64,000 nt of DNA, from the NCBI GenBank assembly GCA_964609215.1, contig CAZSQZ010000005.1, forward strand, positions 47,655 to 111,654. Reading direction: 5' to 3'. The notes under the pieces are model-generated. The model was not told the origin of the DNA. It did no database searches and saw only the letters and a list, made by a program, of their open reading frames with translations. The stretch is from an uncultured Flavobacteriales bacterium. Lineage in GTDB: Bacteria > Bacteroidota > Bacteroidia > Flavobacteriales_D > JABDKJ01. Each line of letters begins with the position of its first letter. Position 1 is the first letter of the stretch. Made by a program: the position numbers and the translations under genes. Below are positions 1-9,954 of this stretch, piece by piece.

Positions 1-1509
1 GGTGCGAAAATATTTCAATCACTCCAATTAAAGTTAGGCCGAAGTGACGAAATCAGCAACGAAACATATCTAGGTCTGTCCGATGCTGACTTTTTACAAA
101 ATCCTTTCTTTCGTTACGCATCTTCTCAAGAGGATGTAATGAATACGCAACAAAGTCAATTTAGCTTATCTCATCTGATAGAGTTGACAAAAGACTTGAG
201 CATCTACACTACTGCTTACCGTACTGAGTTTGCAAGAAATTGGTACAAATTAGATGCTGTAATTGATAGCAGTGGAACTAAAACCAAAATTTCTGCAGCA
301 CTTGATAATACAAATAGCCTTGCTTTTGCTTTGGTTAATGGTACAGCTAATGCTGACGAGGGAATTTTACTGGTTAAAGCCAATAACAGAAGCTATTATT
401 CACAAGGCATACAAAGTATTATAAAATATAATCTTAGCAGTGAAAAGTTGAATCATGGTTTAGAAATGGGCATACGTGTTCATGAAGATCAAATAGATCG
501 TTTTCAATGGATAGATGATTATATTCTCGACAATGGAGAAATGAAATTGATCAATTCGGGAGTTCCTGGAACAGAAAGTAATCGTGTTGAAACGGCCAAT
601 GCTGTTGCTGCTTATTTTCAGTATAAATTGGAATTAGGTTCCTTAACCCTAAACCCAGGGTTGCGTTATGAAAATGTTCGTATTGTAAGAGATGACTATG
701 GCACACAAGATCCTGAAAGAATAGGTACAGACATCTCCTCTCGTGAAAATTCTATAGATGCTTTTATTCCAGGAATAGGATTTACATATGATTGGAATGA
801 ATACCTAAACCTATTTGGTGGAGTGCATAAAGGTTTTGCTCCTCCTGGCTCCTCTCCTTCAACTAATCCAGAAAGCAGTGTCAATTATGAGTTGGGTTTA
901 AGAACAAATAAAAAGCATTGGAATGGTCAAGCAGTTCTGTTTTTTAATGACTATGAAAACCTTTTGGGTTCCGATCTTGCAGCAGCTGGAGGTAGTGGAA
1001 CTACAGCGCTTTACAATGGAGGCGAAGCACAAACCTATGGCTTAGAATTCCAAAGCACATGGCAATTAGTCACAAATGATCTATCTAAATTTAATATTCC
1101 TTTTTCTTTAATTTATACATTCACCAATGCTGAATTTTTAAATTCGTTTGATAGTGATTTTGATGGATGGGGTGCAGTGGAAGCGGGAGACAATTTACCC
1201 TATGTAGCACAAAATCAATTCACTATTTTATGTTCAATTGAACATAAGAAGTACAATTTAAATTTTAATGTAAGGTATATTGATGAAATGAGAACCAGAC
1301 CTGGGCAAGGTGATATTCTCAATGAAGAAAGTACTGACAATGTTTTCACGATTGATATAGGAGCAAATTATTTTTTAAATGAGAAAAGCAATTTGTTCAT
1401 GAATTTAAATAACCTGAGTAATCGGGTTTATAATGTATCTAGAAGACCTGCAGGGCTTAGACCTGGGCTGCCAAGGAGTTTTAATATAGGTGTGAGAGTT
1501 CGGTTTTAG
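1..1509 (+). CDS. TonB-dependent outer-membrane receptor, C-terminal beta-barrel part (5' end lies outside the window)
   Basis: Frame 1 is open from nt 1, so the ATG at 139 is internal. Sequence shows alternating beta-strand pattern, Gly/Asn/Tyr-rich loops, and ends ...SFNIGVRVRF with the terminal aromatic residue typical of TonB-dependent receptors. Confidence 0.8.
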   Translation, partial: GAKIFQSLQLKLGRSDEISNETYLGLSDADFLQNPFFRYASSQEDVMNTQQSQFSLSHLIELTKDLSIYTTAYRTEFARNWYKLDAVIDSSGTKTKISAALDNTNSLAFALVNGTANADEGILLVKANNRSYYSQGIQSIIKYNLSSEKLNHGLEMGIRVHEDQIDRFQWIDDYILDNGEMKLINSGVPGTESNRVETANAVAAYFQYKLELGSLTLNPGLRYENVRIVRDDYGTQDPERIGTDISSRENSIDAFIPGIGFTYDWNEYLNLFGGVHKGFAPPGSSPSTNPESSVNYELGLRTNKKHWNGQAVLFFNDYENLLGSDLAAAGGSGTTALYNGGEAQTYGLEFQSTWQLVTNDLSKFNIPFSLIYTFTNAEFLNSFDSDFDGWGAVEAGDNLPYVAQNQFTILCSIEHKKYNLNFNVRYIDEMRTRPGQGDILNEESTDNVFTIDIGANYFLNEKSNLFMNLNNLSNRVYNVSRRPAGLRPGLPRSFNIGVRVRF

Positions 1510-1551
1510 TTTGATGATTAGCACAATTTTCGCACACTTTTCATAGAGAGG

Positions 1552-1586
1552 AACGCCCCAATCAACCAATGGGGCGTTTTTTTTTT
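1552..1586 (+). terminator. Rho-independent terminator of the TonB-dependent receptor gene
   Basis: 9-bp GC-rich stem aacgcccca (1552-1560) / tggggcgtt (1570-1578), 9-nt loop, followed by a run of 10 T. Confidence 0.8.
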
Positions 1587-1607
1587 GTAATAATAATACT
1601 CGGTCAC

Positions 1608-1678
1608 TTCGAGAACCTCAGTGACCTTTGTTTCGAGAACTTCAGTGACCTTTGCTTCAAGTACCTAACTGATCTTCA
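1608..1678. repeat. Three tandem ~23-24-bp units (ttcgagaacYtcagtgacctttg x2 plus a degenerate third)
   Basis: Direct reading: 1608-1630 and 1631-1654 differ by 1 substitution and 1 extra T. 1655-1678 is a decayed copy. It lies in the intergenic region between the terminator and the next gene. Confidence 0.7.
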
Positions 1679-1726
1679 TTTTATCCTTGAGTTGATCATT
1701 CAAAATCATTTTAAATATATTGTGGG

Positions 1727-2788
1727 ATGAAAACAGCATTCTACACGGCACTATTTTTCCTTTTAGCTTGCTCTTCTAGCTCTCAAAGAAAAGAAAGCTC
1801 TTCTCCTAAAGGAAAACAAAGCTTCTATGACAATATGAAGGAGATAAACTTCTTTAAAATGGACTGTAGTATACGGGCTATTGAGACAATAGATGAAAAC
1901 ACTTGTTATTTTGCTGGTTCCAATGGCATGTATGGATTTACTAAGGATGGTGGAAACAGTTGGACTATCGATTCCTTGAGTCACCCTTCTCATGCAAGCC
2001 TACAATTTAGGTCTATTGCAAAAACAGAAAAAGCTTGGATGATTTTGGGAATTGCCTCCCCTGCTCTATTGTATAGAAGTGAAGATGAAGGACAGAATTG
2101 GGAAATCGTTTATCAGGAAAATGATACGCTTGCCTTTTATGATTCAATGGCCTTTTGGAATGATATGGAAGGCATAGCTATGGGTGACCCTACCGATGGT
2201 TGCTTGTCAGTGATTAAAACCAAGGATGGTGGAATGACATGGAATAAAATAGATTGCGAGGGCTTGCCCGCCAGCGCCAAGGGCGAGGCCGCTTTCGCGG
2301 CAAGTAATAGTAATATTGCTCTGGCGGGCTCACACGTTTGGATGGTTTCAGGTGGTGTAAAATCAAGAGTATATCATAGTGCAGATAGAGGCGCTACTTG
2401 GGAAGTTTTTGACACACCTATTATCCAGGGCCAGCAAATGACCGGTATTTTTTCATGTGATTTTCTCAACGAAAAAGAAGGCTATATTTTTGGAGGTAAC
2501 TGGGAAAAACCCAAAGACTATTCGGCAAATAAAGCATTTACTCAAGATGGAGGAAGAACATGGACTTTAGTGAGTGACTCTCTCAGCCCTGGTTATCGTT
2601 CATGCGTTCAATATTTAGATAATAGTGGAACAATACTCGCAGTAGGTTTTCCGGGAATATCAATCTCCACTGATTTTGGAAGATCTTGGGAAAATGTTTC
2701 CGAGGAAAGCTTTTACACTGCAAGAGCAACTGAAAATGTGCTTTGGTTGGCTGGGAAGGAAAGGATAGGAAGATTGGTTCTAAAATAA
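1727..2788 (+). CDS. BNR/Asp-box repeat beta-propeller lipoprotein (Ycf48 / PSII-stability-factor-like family)
   Basis: Lipoprotein signal (LLACSSS). Six SxDxGxTW-like Asp-boxes: DGGNSWT, DEGQNWE, DGGMTWN, DRGATWE, DGGRTWT, DFGRSWE. Confidence 0.75.
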   Translation: MKTAFYTALFFLLACSSSSQRKESSSPKGKQSFYDNMKEINFFKMDCSIRAIETIDENTCYFAGSNGMYGFTKDGGNSWTIDSLSHPSHASLQFRSIAKTEKAWMILGIASPALLYRSEDEGQNWEIVYQENDTLAFYDSMAFWNDMEGIAMGDPTDGCLSVIKTKDGGMTWNKIDCEGLPASAKGEAAFAASNSNIALAGSHVWMVSGGVKSRVYHSADRGATWEVFDTPIIQGQQMTGIFSCDFLNEKEGYIFGGNWEKPKDYSANKAFTQDGGRTWTLVSDSLSPGYRSCVQYLDNSGTILAVGFPGISISTDFGRSWENVSEESFYTARATENVLWLAGKERIGRLVLK

Positions 2789-2804
2789 TTTCTAATTTTC
2801 AAAC

Positions 2805-3494
2805 ATGAACCCAAACTATTCGGTTTTTGAAAGGTTTCCCAATCGTGAAGCAGCAGCAGTGCTTACCGATTTGTTTGAATCAAAAGATATTGACTATAAA
2901 TTGGTGGATAACTCTGCTGATATGGACATAACTTTTGCGCATAACATGCAAAGTGAATTGCAATTATTGGTAGCTGAATCTGATTTTGAAAAAGCAACTG
3001 ATTTACTCGAAAAAAGTGCAGAAAGACTTATTAAAGACGTGGATAAGGACCATTATCTTTTTGACTTTTCCAATGAAGAACTTTATGAAATTTTGCTAAA
3101 ACAGGATGAATGGAGTCCTTTTGACAGGAAATTAGCTCAAAAAATATTAAAAGAACGCGGACAAGAAGTTGATGATGACCTTATGAAGTCATTGCTAAAA
3201 CAAAGAATAAATGAGCTAGAAAAACCACAAGAAGGAAACAAAGGATATATAGTTGCAGGCTATATTATGGCAATAATTGGAGGCTTTTCAGGTTTGCTGC
3301 TTGTTGCAATATCGGTAATGATAGGCCTATATCTATGGAGGTTTAAAAGAACTCTTCCGGATGGCCGAAAAGTCTATTTACATGATAAGAAGGCTAGAAC
3401 AAATGGCATGTATATTTTAATATTAAGTCTAGCAACTTTTACTTTCACGGTTCTAATGATGGCGTACCATGGAAATATTTGGTTTTTCTATTAA
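2805..3494 (+). CDS. Membrane protein with DUF2007-like N-terminal domain and two C-terminal TM helices
   Basis: N-terminus FERFPNREAAAVLTDLFESKDIDYKL resembles the putative signal-transducing DUF2007 fold. Hydrophobic helices near the C-terminus. Confidence 0.5.
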   Translation: MNPNYSVFERFPNREAAAVLTDLFESKDIDYKLVDNSADMDITFAHNMQSELQLLVAESDFEKATDLLEKSAERLIKDVDKDHYLFDFSNEELYEILLKQDEWSPFDRKLAQKILKERGQEVDDDLMKSLLKQRINELEKPQEGNKGYIVAGYIMAIIGGFSGLLLVAISVMIGLYLWRFKRTLPDGRKVYLHDKKARTNGMYILILSLATFTFTVLMMAYHGNIWFFY

Positions 3495-3507
3495 TCCTTT
3501 TGGGAAG

Positions 3508-4740
3508 ATGAGTTTTTCTTTTAAAAAACTTTACTCATCTATTTTCCTCCTTATCTCTTTTTCATTAGGTGCTCAAAACTGTTCCTTAGACTCTTTGCGT
3601 ATAGAAGCGATAGATGCAAATGCCACAGATACTGAGATAAACCCAGAAATTCAGAATCATCAAGTATTCATTAATACCGATTGTAATCAAAACGGTCAAC
3701 TACTTATCCATCTTGTAGGTTCTTTTGATAATCCAGCGAATACTACTCTCTTTCCAACTCATGCCGCAAACAATGGATTTAAGGTTATTGTGCTCAAGTA
3801 CCCAAATCTGGTAGCCGCATTTGGCACTTGTTCAAGTAGCACAGATATTGATTGCTATGACAATTACAGACAAGAAATTGTTTTCGGTGAGGATGTTAGT
3901 ACAGATGTAAATGTGAACACCGCAAATAGTATTTTGAATAGGATTCAAAAGCTTTTAATCTTTCTAACAGAGAATTATCCAAATGAAGAATGGGATAATT
4001 TCCTGAATGTTAGCGATGAAATAGATTGGACAAATATCATTCTTTCCGGCCATTCTCAGGGAGGAGGTCATGCTGCATATATTGCCAAGTTCTTTAACTT
4101 AAAACGGATCATTCAATTTGCATCACCCAATGATTACAGCACTCTTTTCTCCGCCCCTGCACCATGGACAAATATTCCAAGTGTTACTGCTGACTCTCTA
4201 TACTATGCTTTCGGAAATCTGTTTGACGAAGTTGTTGATTTTGAATTCCAGTATGATATTTGGCAGAATCTCGGAATGCTCAATTTTGGAGATTCAGTGA
4301 ATGTAGATCTTAGTAATTGTCCTTTTGAAAATTCCAGAGTACTTTATACTAGGGATACCTCTTCTTCCAATCCATTTTCAGGCAATCATGGAAGCGTAGT
4401 TACAGATAATGAAACACCCATAGTAAATAATGTCCCAGTCTTCACTGAGGTTTGGGACTATTTATTAGGTTTATGCGATATTGTTCCTAACGTGCCTTCT
4501 ATCGATAAATTTCCGAGCATCAAAATTTTTCCTATTCCAAGTAACGGATTATTCCACGTTCAAAATCATTCCATAATCGAACAGGTGAATATCTGCGATC
4601 TAAATGGACGTTTGATTAAAAATCTAAATCCCAACAAGAGTGATTTTGAGTTTAATTTAGATGAAAAAGGAAGTTTTTTATTTGAATACACAGAAAAAAA
4701 CGCATCTAAGAAACATAGCCAAATCATACAGGTAAAATAG
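3508..4740 (+). CDS. Secreted alpha/beta-hydrolase with T9SS type-A C-terminal sorting domain
   Basis: Start moved to ATG 3508 (MSFSFKKLYSSIFLLISFSLGAQ signal peptide), which lies after the stop of the previous gene. Nucleophile elbow GHSQGG. C-terminus IKIFPIPSNGLFHV...IIQVK matches the Por_Secre_tail pattern. Confidence 0.7.
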   Translation: MSFSFKKLYSSIFLLISFSLGAQNCSLDSLRIEAIDANATDTEINPEIQNHQVFINTDCNQNGQLLIHLVGSFDNPANTTLFPTHAANNGFKVIVLKYPNLVAAFGTCSSSTDIDCYDNYRQEIVFGEDVSTDVNVNTANSILNRIQKLLIFLTENYPNEEWDNFLNVSDEIDWTNIILSGHSQGGGHAAYIAKFFNLKRIIQFASPNDYSTLFSAPAPWTNIPSVTADSLYYAFGNLFDEVVDFEFQYDIWQNLGMLNFGDSVNVDLSNCPFENSRVLYTRDTSSSNPFSGNHGSVVTDNETPIVNNVPVFTEVWDYLLGLCDIVPNVPSIDKFPSIKIFPIPSNGLFHVQNHSIIEQVNICDLNGRLIKNLNPNKSDFEFNLDEKGSFLFEYTEKNASKKHSQIIQVK

Positions 4741-4786
4741 GCTAATTTCCTGTGTTTGCTATATTTAGAATACAAACGCAACTATA

Positions 4787-5341
4787 ATGAGTCTAAGAAA
4801 TCTTCTCGTTCTTGGTATTATGGCAGAATTAGCCATCTTCTTTTTATCAAACCTAACTTATCCTGCCATAGAGGAAACATTTAGGTATTCGGCTAGATAT
4901 TCTGGGAGGCTTTCAGCAGTTATTTTTCTGATTACATTTTTCATTTATGCCAAAAACACAAAAGCAATAGAGAAAAACTCTAATCTTCAAAAATCATTAA
5001 AACTGTTTACATTCCTACATCTTATTCATCTTGGCTTTTTGGCAACGAACGTCCACTTAAATAATATTCAGTTGGAAACTCCCAAAATAATAGGTGGTGC
5101 TTTTGCTTATCTGCTCATAGTTCTAGCTCCCTTCTATTTGTATAGAGTGAACAAGGGCATTCAAATCTTCTATTTTTATTATGTCAGTCTTGTTATGATA
5201 TTGACCTATCTAGCAAGAGCAAGGGGAGACTTTGAAGGTGGAGAACCCAGTTGGTTTCATTATACAGCTTTGGGTGTATTTATAATAGCCTCTTTGTATT
5301 TTGCAAAACACCTAGTACAAAAAAGTAAAATCACCAGTTAA
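4787..5341 (+). CDS. Integral membrane protein, unknown function (about 5 TM helices)
   Basis: Long ORF with coding-like composition and repeated hydrophobic segments. No recognised motif. Confidence 0.5.
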   Translation: MSLRNLLVLGIMAELAIFFLSNLTYPAIEETFRYSARYSGRLSAVIFLITFFIYAKNTKAIEKNSNLQKSLKLFTFLHLIHLGFLATNVHLNNIQLETPKIIGGAFAYLLIVLAPFYLYRVNKGIQIFYFYYVSLVMILTYLARARGDFEGGEPSWFHYTALGVFIIASLYFAKHLVQKSKITS

Positions 5342-5555
5342 GACACTTTCAGCATTCGCAAATTGTTTTCGCCTTGAATTATTTTCTTTAAAACTTTGTG
5401 TTAGTGAGTTATTGTGCCGATGGCTAGCAATTGCTTGACAATGATTAATCATTACTCCATTATTAATCAGAGCAAGATGAAGTCCAACGCACATTGAGTG
5501 CACATCAAGCGAAGCCGAGATGGAAGTATTACCAAGATTGTCTCAGAACAAAACA

Positions 5556-5583
5556 CCAGAAATCATAAACCAGAAATCATAAA
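5556..5583. repeat. Perfect tandem duplication of a 14-bp unit (ccagaaatcataaa x2)
   Basis: Direct reading, about 60 nt upstream of the vWA gene start. Confidence 0.7.
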
Positions 5584-5643
5584 CAAAAAATTGAACCTTT
5601 ATGAAATTTGGGTGTACGGTGCATCATAGAACAAAGAATAATT

Positions 5644-7758
5644 ATGATGACACTCAAACAACTCTCTCTTTGCCTTATTGCTTGTATTCTACTGTCTGCC
5701 CTATCGGGTCAAAATTTTAGTGGTAATGTTGCCAACTTTTCCAATGAAAACTTGAGCTACTCCAACATAGAGATTTATCAGGGCAAGAATCTTGTCGCCA
5801 ATGCTATAGCAGATCATAATGGTAATTTCTCCCTACAATTAGATTCCGGATTATATCGAATAGAAGTGCTGAATTCCGGATATAAAAAAAAAGTGTTTGA
5901 CTTAAAAATTGATGGAGACGTTTCCAAAGATTTCAAGCTGAATGATGACCCCAACGGAAAGAAGAGATTGCTTGAATACAAATCAGAAGATAGTGAAGAA
6001 GTTGAGATGTTGGATGAAGTAGTCATTGTTTCCGAAAAAGTAAGAGTAGATAATTTAAATGTCCAATCCATTCAAATGGCTCCAAGGCTAGATGTTTATG
6101 ATTCAGTAAAAATCTCTAAAGGTAAAAGAGAGAAAAGGAAAAAGAATACAGATTCTCGTAGTGAACTCATCTTAGAATTCGAAAGTTATGTTCCTGAAGA
6201 TACCTATAGAACAGAAGGCAGTTTTGGAGAGTCATTAAGCAGATCCGCAATGCACGATAAAGAAGTTAGTACAGAACTTAGTCGAAGTGAAGTATTTATT
6301 GGGAACACGAATAAAAGAAAAAGCCAGGGGAAGAAATTTAAGAAGGGATTGACTGCAGGAGAAATCAATGATTTTTCCAAGTGGGATTTATGGGAAAACA
6401 TCACAGAAAATAAGCTTTACGTTCATCAAAGAATGTGGCAAATCGTTCCTAAACATCGATACATGGTTCAATTAATAGATGAAAATGCATCCCCTATCGT
6501 CAATGCAAAAGTTGAACTGGCAGGTCCGAATAAAGAGATGCTTTGGAAAGCCAGAACGGATAATACAGGGAAAGCCGAACTCTGGGGAAGAATAGATTTT
6601 TACAATCTGGAAGAATATAAAAAGCCTTCCTATATCTCCATAGATTATCACGGTCAAAAGGAAAAAATTTCAAATCCGTTGACCATAAAAGAAGGAGTAA
6701 ACTCATTAATGCTTAAAGGAGATTGTGAAGTAAGTAATGATGTTGAAATAGCTTTTGTGGTGGATGCAACCGGTTCCATGGGAGATGAAATTGAGTTTCT
6801 TAAAGAAGAGATTGCAGAGATTATGTTTCAGGCAAAAGGCGACAACAAAAAACTACTTATGAAATTTGCCAATGTATTTTATCGAGACAATGGAGATGAA
6901 TACATCACTAAACATTCGGATTTCACAAAGGTGCTTTCAGAGACAGGAGCTTTCATTGATGAACAAGGCGCAGCAGGCGGAGGCGATGGCCCAGAGGCCG
7001 TTGAACAAGCCCTAGATCTAGCAATAAATACATTATCATGGACAGATGATGCCCGATCAAAAATCCTCTTTTTGGTTTTGGATGCTCCCCCACATAACCG
7101 AAAAGATATTAGAGAAAAAATCAAAACACTCAATAGAACTGCCGCTGAAAAAGGCATTCGCATAGTTCCCATTACAGGAAGTGGTCTGAACAAATCAACC
7201 GAATATTTAATGCGAGCAATGGCACTCTGCACCAATGGAACATATACTTTCCTTACCGATCACAGTGGAATTGGTGAAGGGCATATTGAACCCACAACAG
7301 ATTCCTATGAAGTTCAATTGATGACCGATTTAATGGTCAATATCATCAAGAACTACACCTATGTTCCAGAGTGTGAAGAGGAAACTCCTACTCTGGCAGT
7401 TGATCTTCCCGACTCCGAAATTGCTTATCAAATTGAACGGGACAGCTTAGCAACTAATCGCCTTAAACGAGATACCATCACCAATCATATCCTCAATACA
7501 TTCATTGGTGGAAACGATCATATTATTTCCTGGAAGTATTGGCCCAATCCAACTATGGGAGACTTGAATATTGAAGTTTCCGAAAGTGTTGAAAGGCTAT
7601 ACTTATCTGATATGAATGGTAAACTGATCAGAGAAATAGAAATGAATGGCGCACAAAAAACCTATATCAATCTAGAAGGCCTGGCAACAGGTGTGTATCT
7701 GCTTCGCTATCCCGTGGGTAAAAGATGGATTTCTGGGAAGGTTGTTTTGACGAGGTGA
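5644..7758 (+). CDS. T9SS-secreted von Willebrand factor A (vWA) domain protein with N-terminal CarboxypepD_reg-like domain
   Basis: Start moved to ATG 5644 (MMTLKQLSLCLIACILLSALSGQ signal). The segment SGNV..NIEIYQGKN..ADHNGNFSLQLDSGLYRIEV matches a carboxypeptidase-regulatory-like fold. MIDAS-like motif VVDATGSMGDE. C-terminus WPNPTMGDLNIEV...GVYLLRY...VVLTR is a type-A CTD. Confidence 0.75.
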   Translation: MMTLKQLSLCLIACILLSALSGQNFSGNVANFSNENLSYSNIEIYQGKNLVANAIADHNGNFSLQLDSGLYRIEVLNSGYKKKVFDLKIDGDVSKDFKLNDDPNGKKRLLEYKSEDSEEVEMLDEVVIVSEKVRVDNLNVQSIQMAPRLDVYDSVKISKGKREKRKKNTDSRSELILEFESYVPEDTYRTEGSFGESLSRSAMHDKEVSTELSRSEVFIGNTNKRKSQGKKFKKGLTAGEINDFSKWDLWENITENKLYVHQRMWQIVPKHRYMVQLIDENASPIVNAKVELAGPNKEMLWKARTDNTGKAELWGRIDFYNLEEYKKPSYISIDYHGQKEKISNPLTIKEGVNSLMLKGDCEVSNDVEIAFVVDATGSMGDEIEFLKEEIAEIMFQAKGDNKKLLMKFANVFYRDNGDEYITKHSDFTKVLSETGAFIDEQGAAGGGDGPEAVEQALDLAINTLSWTDDARSKILFLVLDAPPHNRKDIREKIKTLNRTAAEKGIRIVPITGSGLNKSTEYLMRAMALCTNGTYTFLTDHSGIGEGHIEPTTDSYEVQLMTDLMVNIIKNYTYVPECEEETPTLAVDLPDSEIAYQIERDSLATNRLKRDTITNHILNTFIGGNDHIISWKYWPNPTMGDLNIEVSESVERLYLSDMNGKLIREIEMNGAQKTYINLEGLATGVYLLRYPVGKRWISGKVVLTR

Positions 7759-7797
7759 TTTTATTGCTATTGAATTCTTAACTTGTCAAAAAATACA

Positions 7798-8427
7798 ATG
7801 AGAATTCTAGAGTATATACTTATCGTAATTTCCTTACTAGGTCTTCTATTTAAAGTTTTGCATTGGCCCTTTGGAAGTGTTCTTTTAATAATTGGTTTAG
7901 GCTCTCTTTCTGCCTTTTATTTTGCTTTAGGCTGGGCACATTTCAATAAAATTAGATTGAGAAATCTATTTAAAAAGGAAAGTTATTCCGAAATAAATGG
8001 AATGCAAATAGCTGGCAAATTTCTTTTTAGCTGGGGACTTTCTACTTTATCGATAGGTATTCTCTTTAAACAAATGATCTGGCCAGGAGGAAAGATTCAA
8101 CTCATAGCGGGGCTGGTAATGGTTGTGCTAGGTTTGATCATTGCTGCCATTTTTTACTTTCTTAAAAAACATCCACATAATATCGGTTTATTCTACAGAG
8201 GATTAATATTTTGTACACTTGGAATAATAAGTTTATCCTATGTTTTACCAGCAGGTGGATTAATTGACCCAGAAATTGCTGACAATCCAAATTACATAAA
8301 AGCTATTGAAGCTTATCAAGAAGATCACACAGAAGAAAATTTTCATCGTATTGAGTACGAAATGATGAGGGCATATGGAGACACCCTTTCCGCAGAATAT
8401 TATTATGATCAATACATATCTGAATAA
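7798..8427 (+). CDS. Membrane protein, unknown function
   Basis: ATG 7798 (MRILEYILIVISLLGLLF) is preferred over TTG 7783. Five to six hydrophobic helices with a soluble acidic C-terminal tail. Confidence 0.5.
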   Translation: MRILEYILIVISLLGLLFKVLHWPFGSVLLIIGLGSLSAFYFALGWAHFNKIRLRNLFKKESYSEINGMQIAGKFLFSWGLSTLSIGILFKQMIWPGGKIQLIAGLVMVVLGLIIAAIFYFLKKHPHNIGLFYRGLIFCTLGIISLSYVLPAGGLIDPEIADNPNYIKAIEAYQEDHTEENFHRIEYEMMRAYGDTLSAEYYYDQYISE

Positions 8428-8567
8428 TAATTTATAAAACTACTTTCAATCCATTCATTTCATTCTTGCCCCTCCCATCACAATTGACAAGGGTTTGAGC
8501 CCCTTACTGCTTATATTCGAGGTATCAGAAAAGGAAACATCTTTTCTATTATCTAAATAACACAAAA

Positions 8568-9164
8568 ATGAAAACAGATACAGTAAAACCCATTGACCCA
8601 AAACAAGTAGATAGAATAATTAACAATCACATGATCCTTTCCATTGGCGCAGGCCTTGTTCCTATTCCTTTATTGGATATGGTTGCAGTAACCGCCATAC
8701 AATTGGATATGCTTAAAAAATTAGCGGAGCATCACGATGTTAATTATGACGAGCAAAGATTTAAAAGTTGGATGCACGCAATTGGAGGAACCATTCTCGC
8801 CAGATTAGGTGCAAGCACTATAAAGGCCATTCCAGTCTTTGGAAGCATATTCGGAGGTATTAGTATGGCTGCACTTTCTGGAGCGAGTACGTATGCAATG
8901 GGAAAAGTCTTTAATGATCATTTTGAGAATGGTGGAGATTTGGAATACATAGATATGGATAAAGCAAAGGAGTTTTTCAAACAAAAGTTTGAAGAAGGAA
9001 AAGAAATGGCCAAACAAATGGTTCCAAAAGTTGAAGAAGAGCGGAAAGCTGAGTCAGAAAAAAGTGCGGAAGAGAGATTGGCCGATATTACGAAAATGAA
9101 AGAGGATGGCTTAATTACTCAAAGAGAGTTTGAGGCCATACGAAAAAGGATACTCAAAGCATAA
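8568..9164 (+). CDS. DUF697 (YcjF-like) membrane domain fused to a C-terminal SHOCT-like motif
   Basis: GLVPIPLLDMVAVTAIQLDMLKKLAEHH resembles the DUF697 core. C-terminal EDGLITQREFEAIRKRIL resembles SHOCT. Confidence 0.55.
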   Translation: MKTDTVKPIDPKQVDRIINNHMILSIGAGLVPIPLLDMVAVTAIQLDMLKKLAEHHDVNYDEQRFKSWMHAIGGTILARLGASTIKAIPVFGSIFGGISMAALSGASTYAMGKVFNDHFENGGDLEYIDMDKAKEFFKQKFEEGKEMAKQMVPKVEEERKAESEKSAEERLADITKMKEDGLITQREFEAIRKRILKA

Positions 9165-9187
9165 AAACAAAAACATCCATTTTTTGG

Positions 9188-9217
9188 AAAGCCTGTTTGA
9201 ATTAGCAGGCTTTTTTT
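9188..9217 (+). terminator. Rho-independent terminator
   Basis: Stem aaagcctg (9188-9195) / caggcttt (9206-9213), followed by a T-run to 9217. Confidence 0.7.
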
Positions 9218-9275
9218 GATAGAAATTTAGGTTTACTGTTATAATTATGTGACATTTTGGCCTTATCATTGCCAC

Positions 9276-9953
9276 ATGAAATACATACTATTATCCTTAG
9301 TTGCGTTTGTATTGTTGTTTTCATCCTGTGTCAAAGATGATTTTATTGATGACAGTGTTGACCCTGTATTGCGAATTATGACTGTGGTTGATACCATTGG
9401 TATCGATACTGTTTTTCAATTTAACTATTCTTATTTGAATGAGATAGGTATTGAAGAAGATCTTGATGTTACTTGGACCAGTTCAGATTTATCCATTTTA
9501 ACTATCAATGAGGAGGGATTGTGTCAGCCTCAAGGCTTAGGTAATGCGACTATAAAAGTTGAAGCCGCAAATAATCCTAATCTATCCGATTCTGTAATGG
9601 TTGTTATTGATCAGGAAACAGTTGCTGTAGAAGAGATTGAAAGAACCGGAACTCTTCAGACAACTACTTTCTATACGCTAGAAGGAGATTTTGTCATGAA
9701 AGAACAAGGAGATCAATTGATACTTGAATTTGCAGATAATTATGCAGCTTCTTCTTCCCTACCCGGTCTTTACGTTTACTTGACTAATAATCCTAACACT
9801 ATCTCAGGTGCTTTCGAAATAGGCGCAGTAGACGTGTTTTCAGGAGCTCATTCATATACAATAGATGGAGTAGGCATTAATGACTTTAATTATGTTCTAT
9901 ATTTCTGCGCTCCATTCAACGTAAAAGTTGGCGATGGCCAATTTGATAACTGA
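9276..9953 (+). CDS. Lipoprotein with Big_2-like Ig domain and C-terminal DM13-like domain
   Basis: Start moved to ATG 9276 (MKYILLSLVAFVLLFSSC lipobox). TWTSSDLSILTINEEGLCQPQGLGNATIKVEA is Big_2-like. GDFVMKEQGDQLILEFADNY...LPGLYVYLTNNP is DM13-like. Confidence 0.55.
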   Translation: MKYILLSLVAFVLLFSSCVKDDFIDDSVDPVLRIMTVVDTIGIDTVFQFNYSYLNEIGIEEDLDVTWTSSDLSILTINEEGLCQPQGLGNATIKVEAANNPNLSDSVMVVIDQETVAVEEIERTGTLQTTTFYTLEGDFVMKEQGDQLILEFADNYAASSSLPGLYVYLTNNPNTISGAFEIGAVDVFSGAHSYTIDGVGINDFNYVLYFCAPFNVKVGDGQFDN

Positions 9954-9954
9954 T

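Noticed and set aside
6879-7235. Antisense or overlapping track ORFs inside well-supported genes, also at 23523..23855, 33778..34125, 53004..53300, 58442..58729, 54658..55032 and 22674..22943.
   Set aside because: Each is fully embedded opposite, or out of frame with, a CDS that has strong family motifs. Their composition is low-complexity and no start context is visible.
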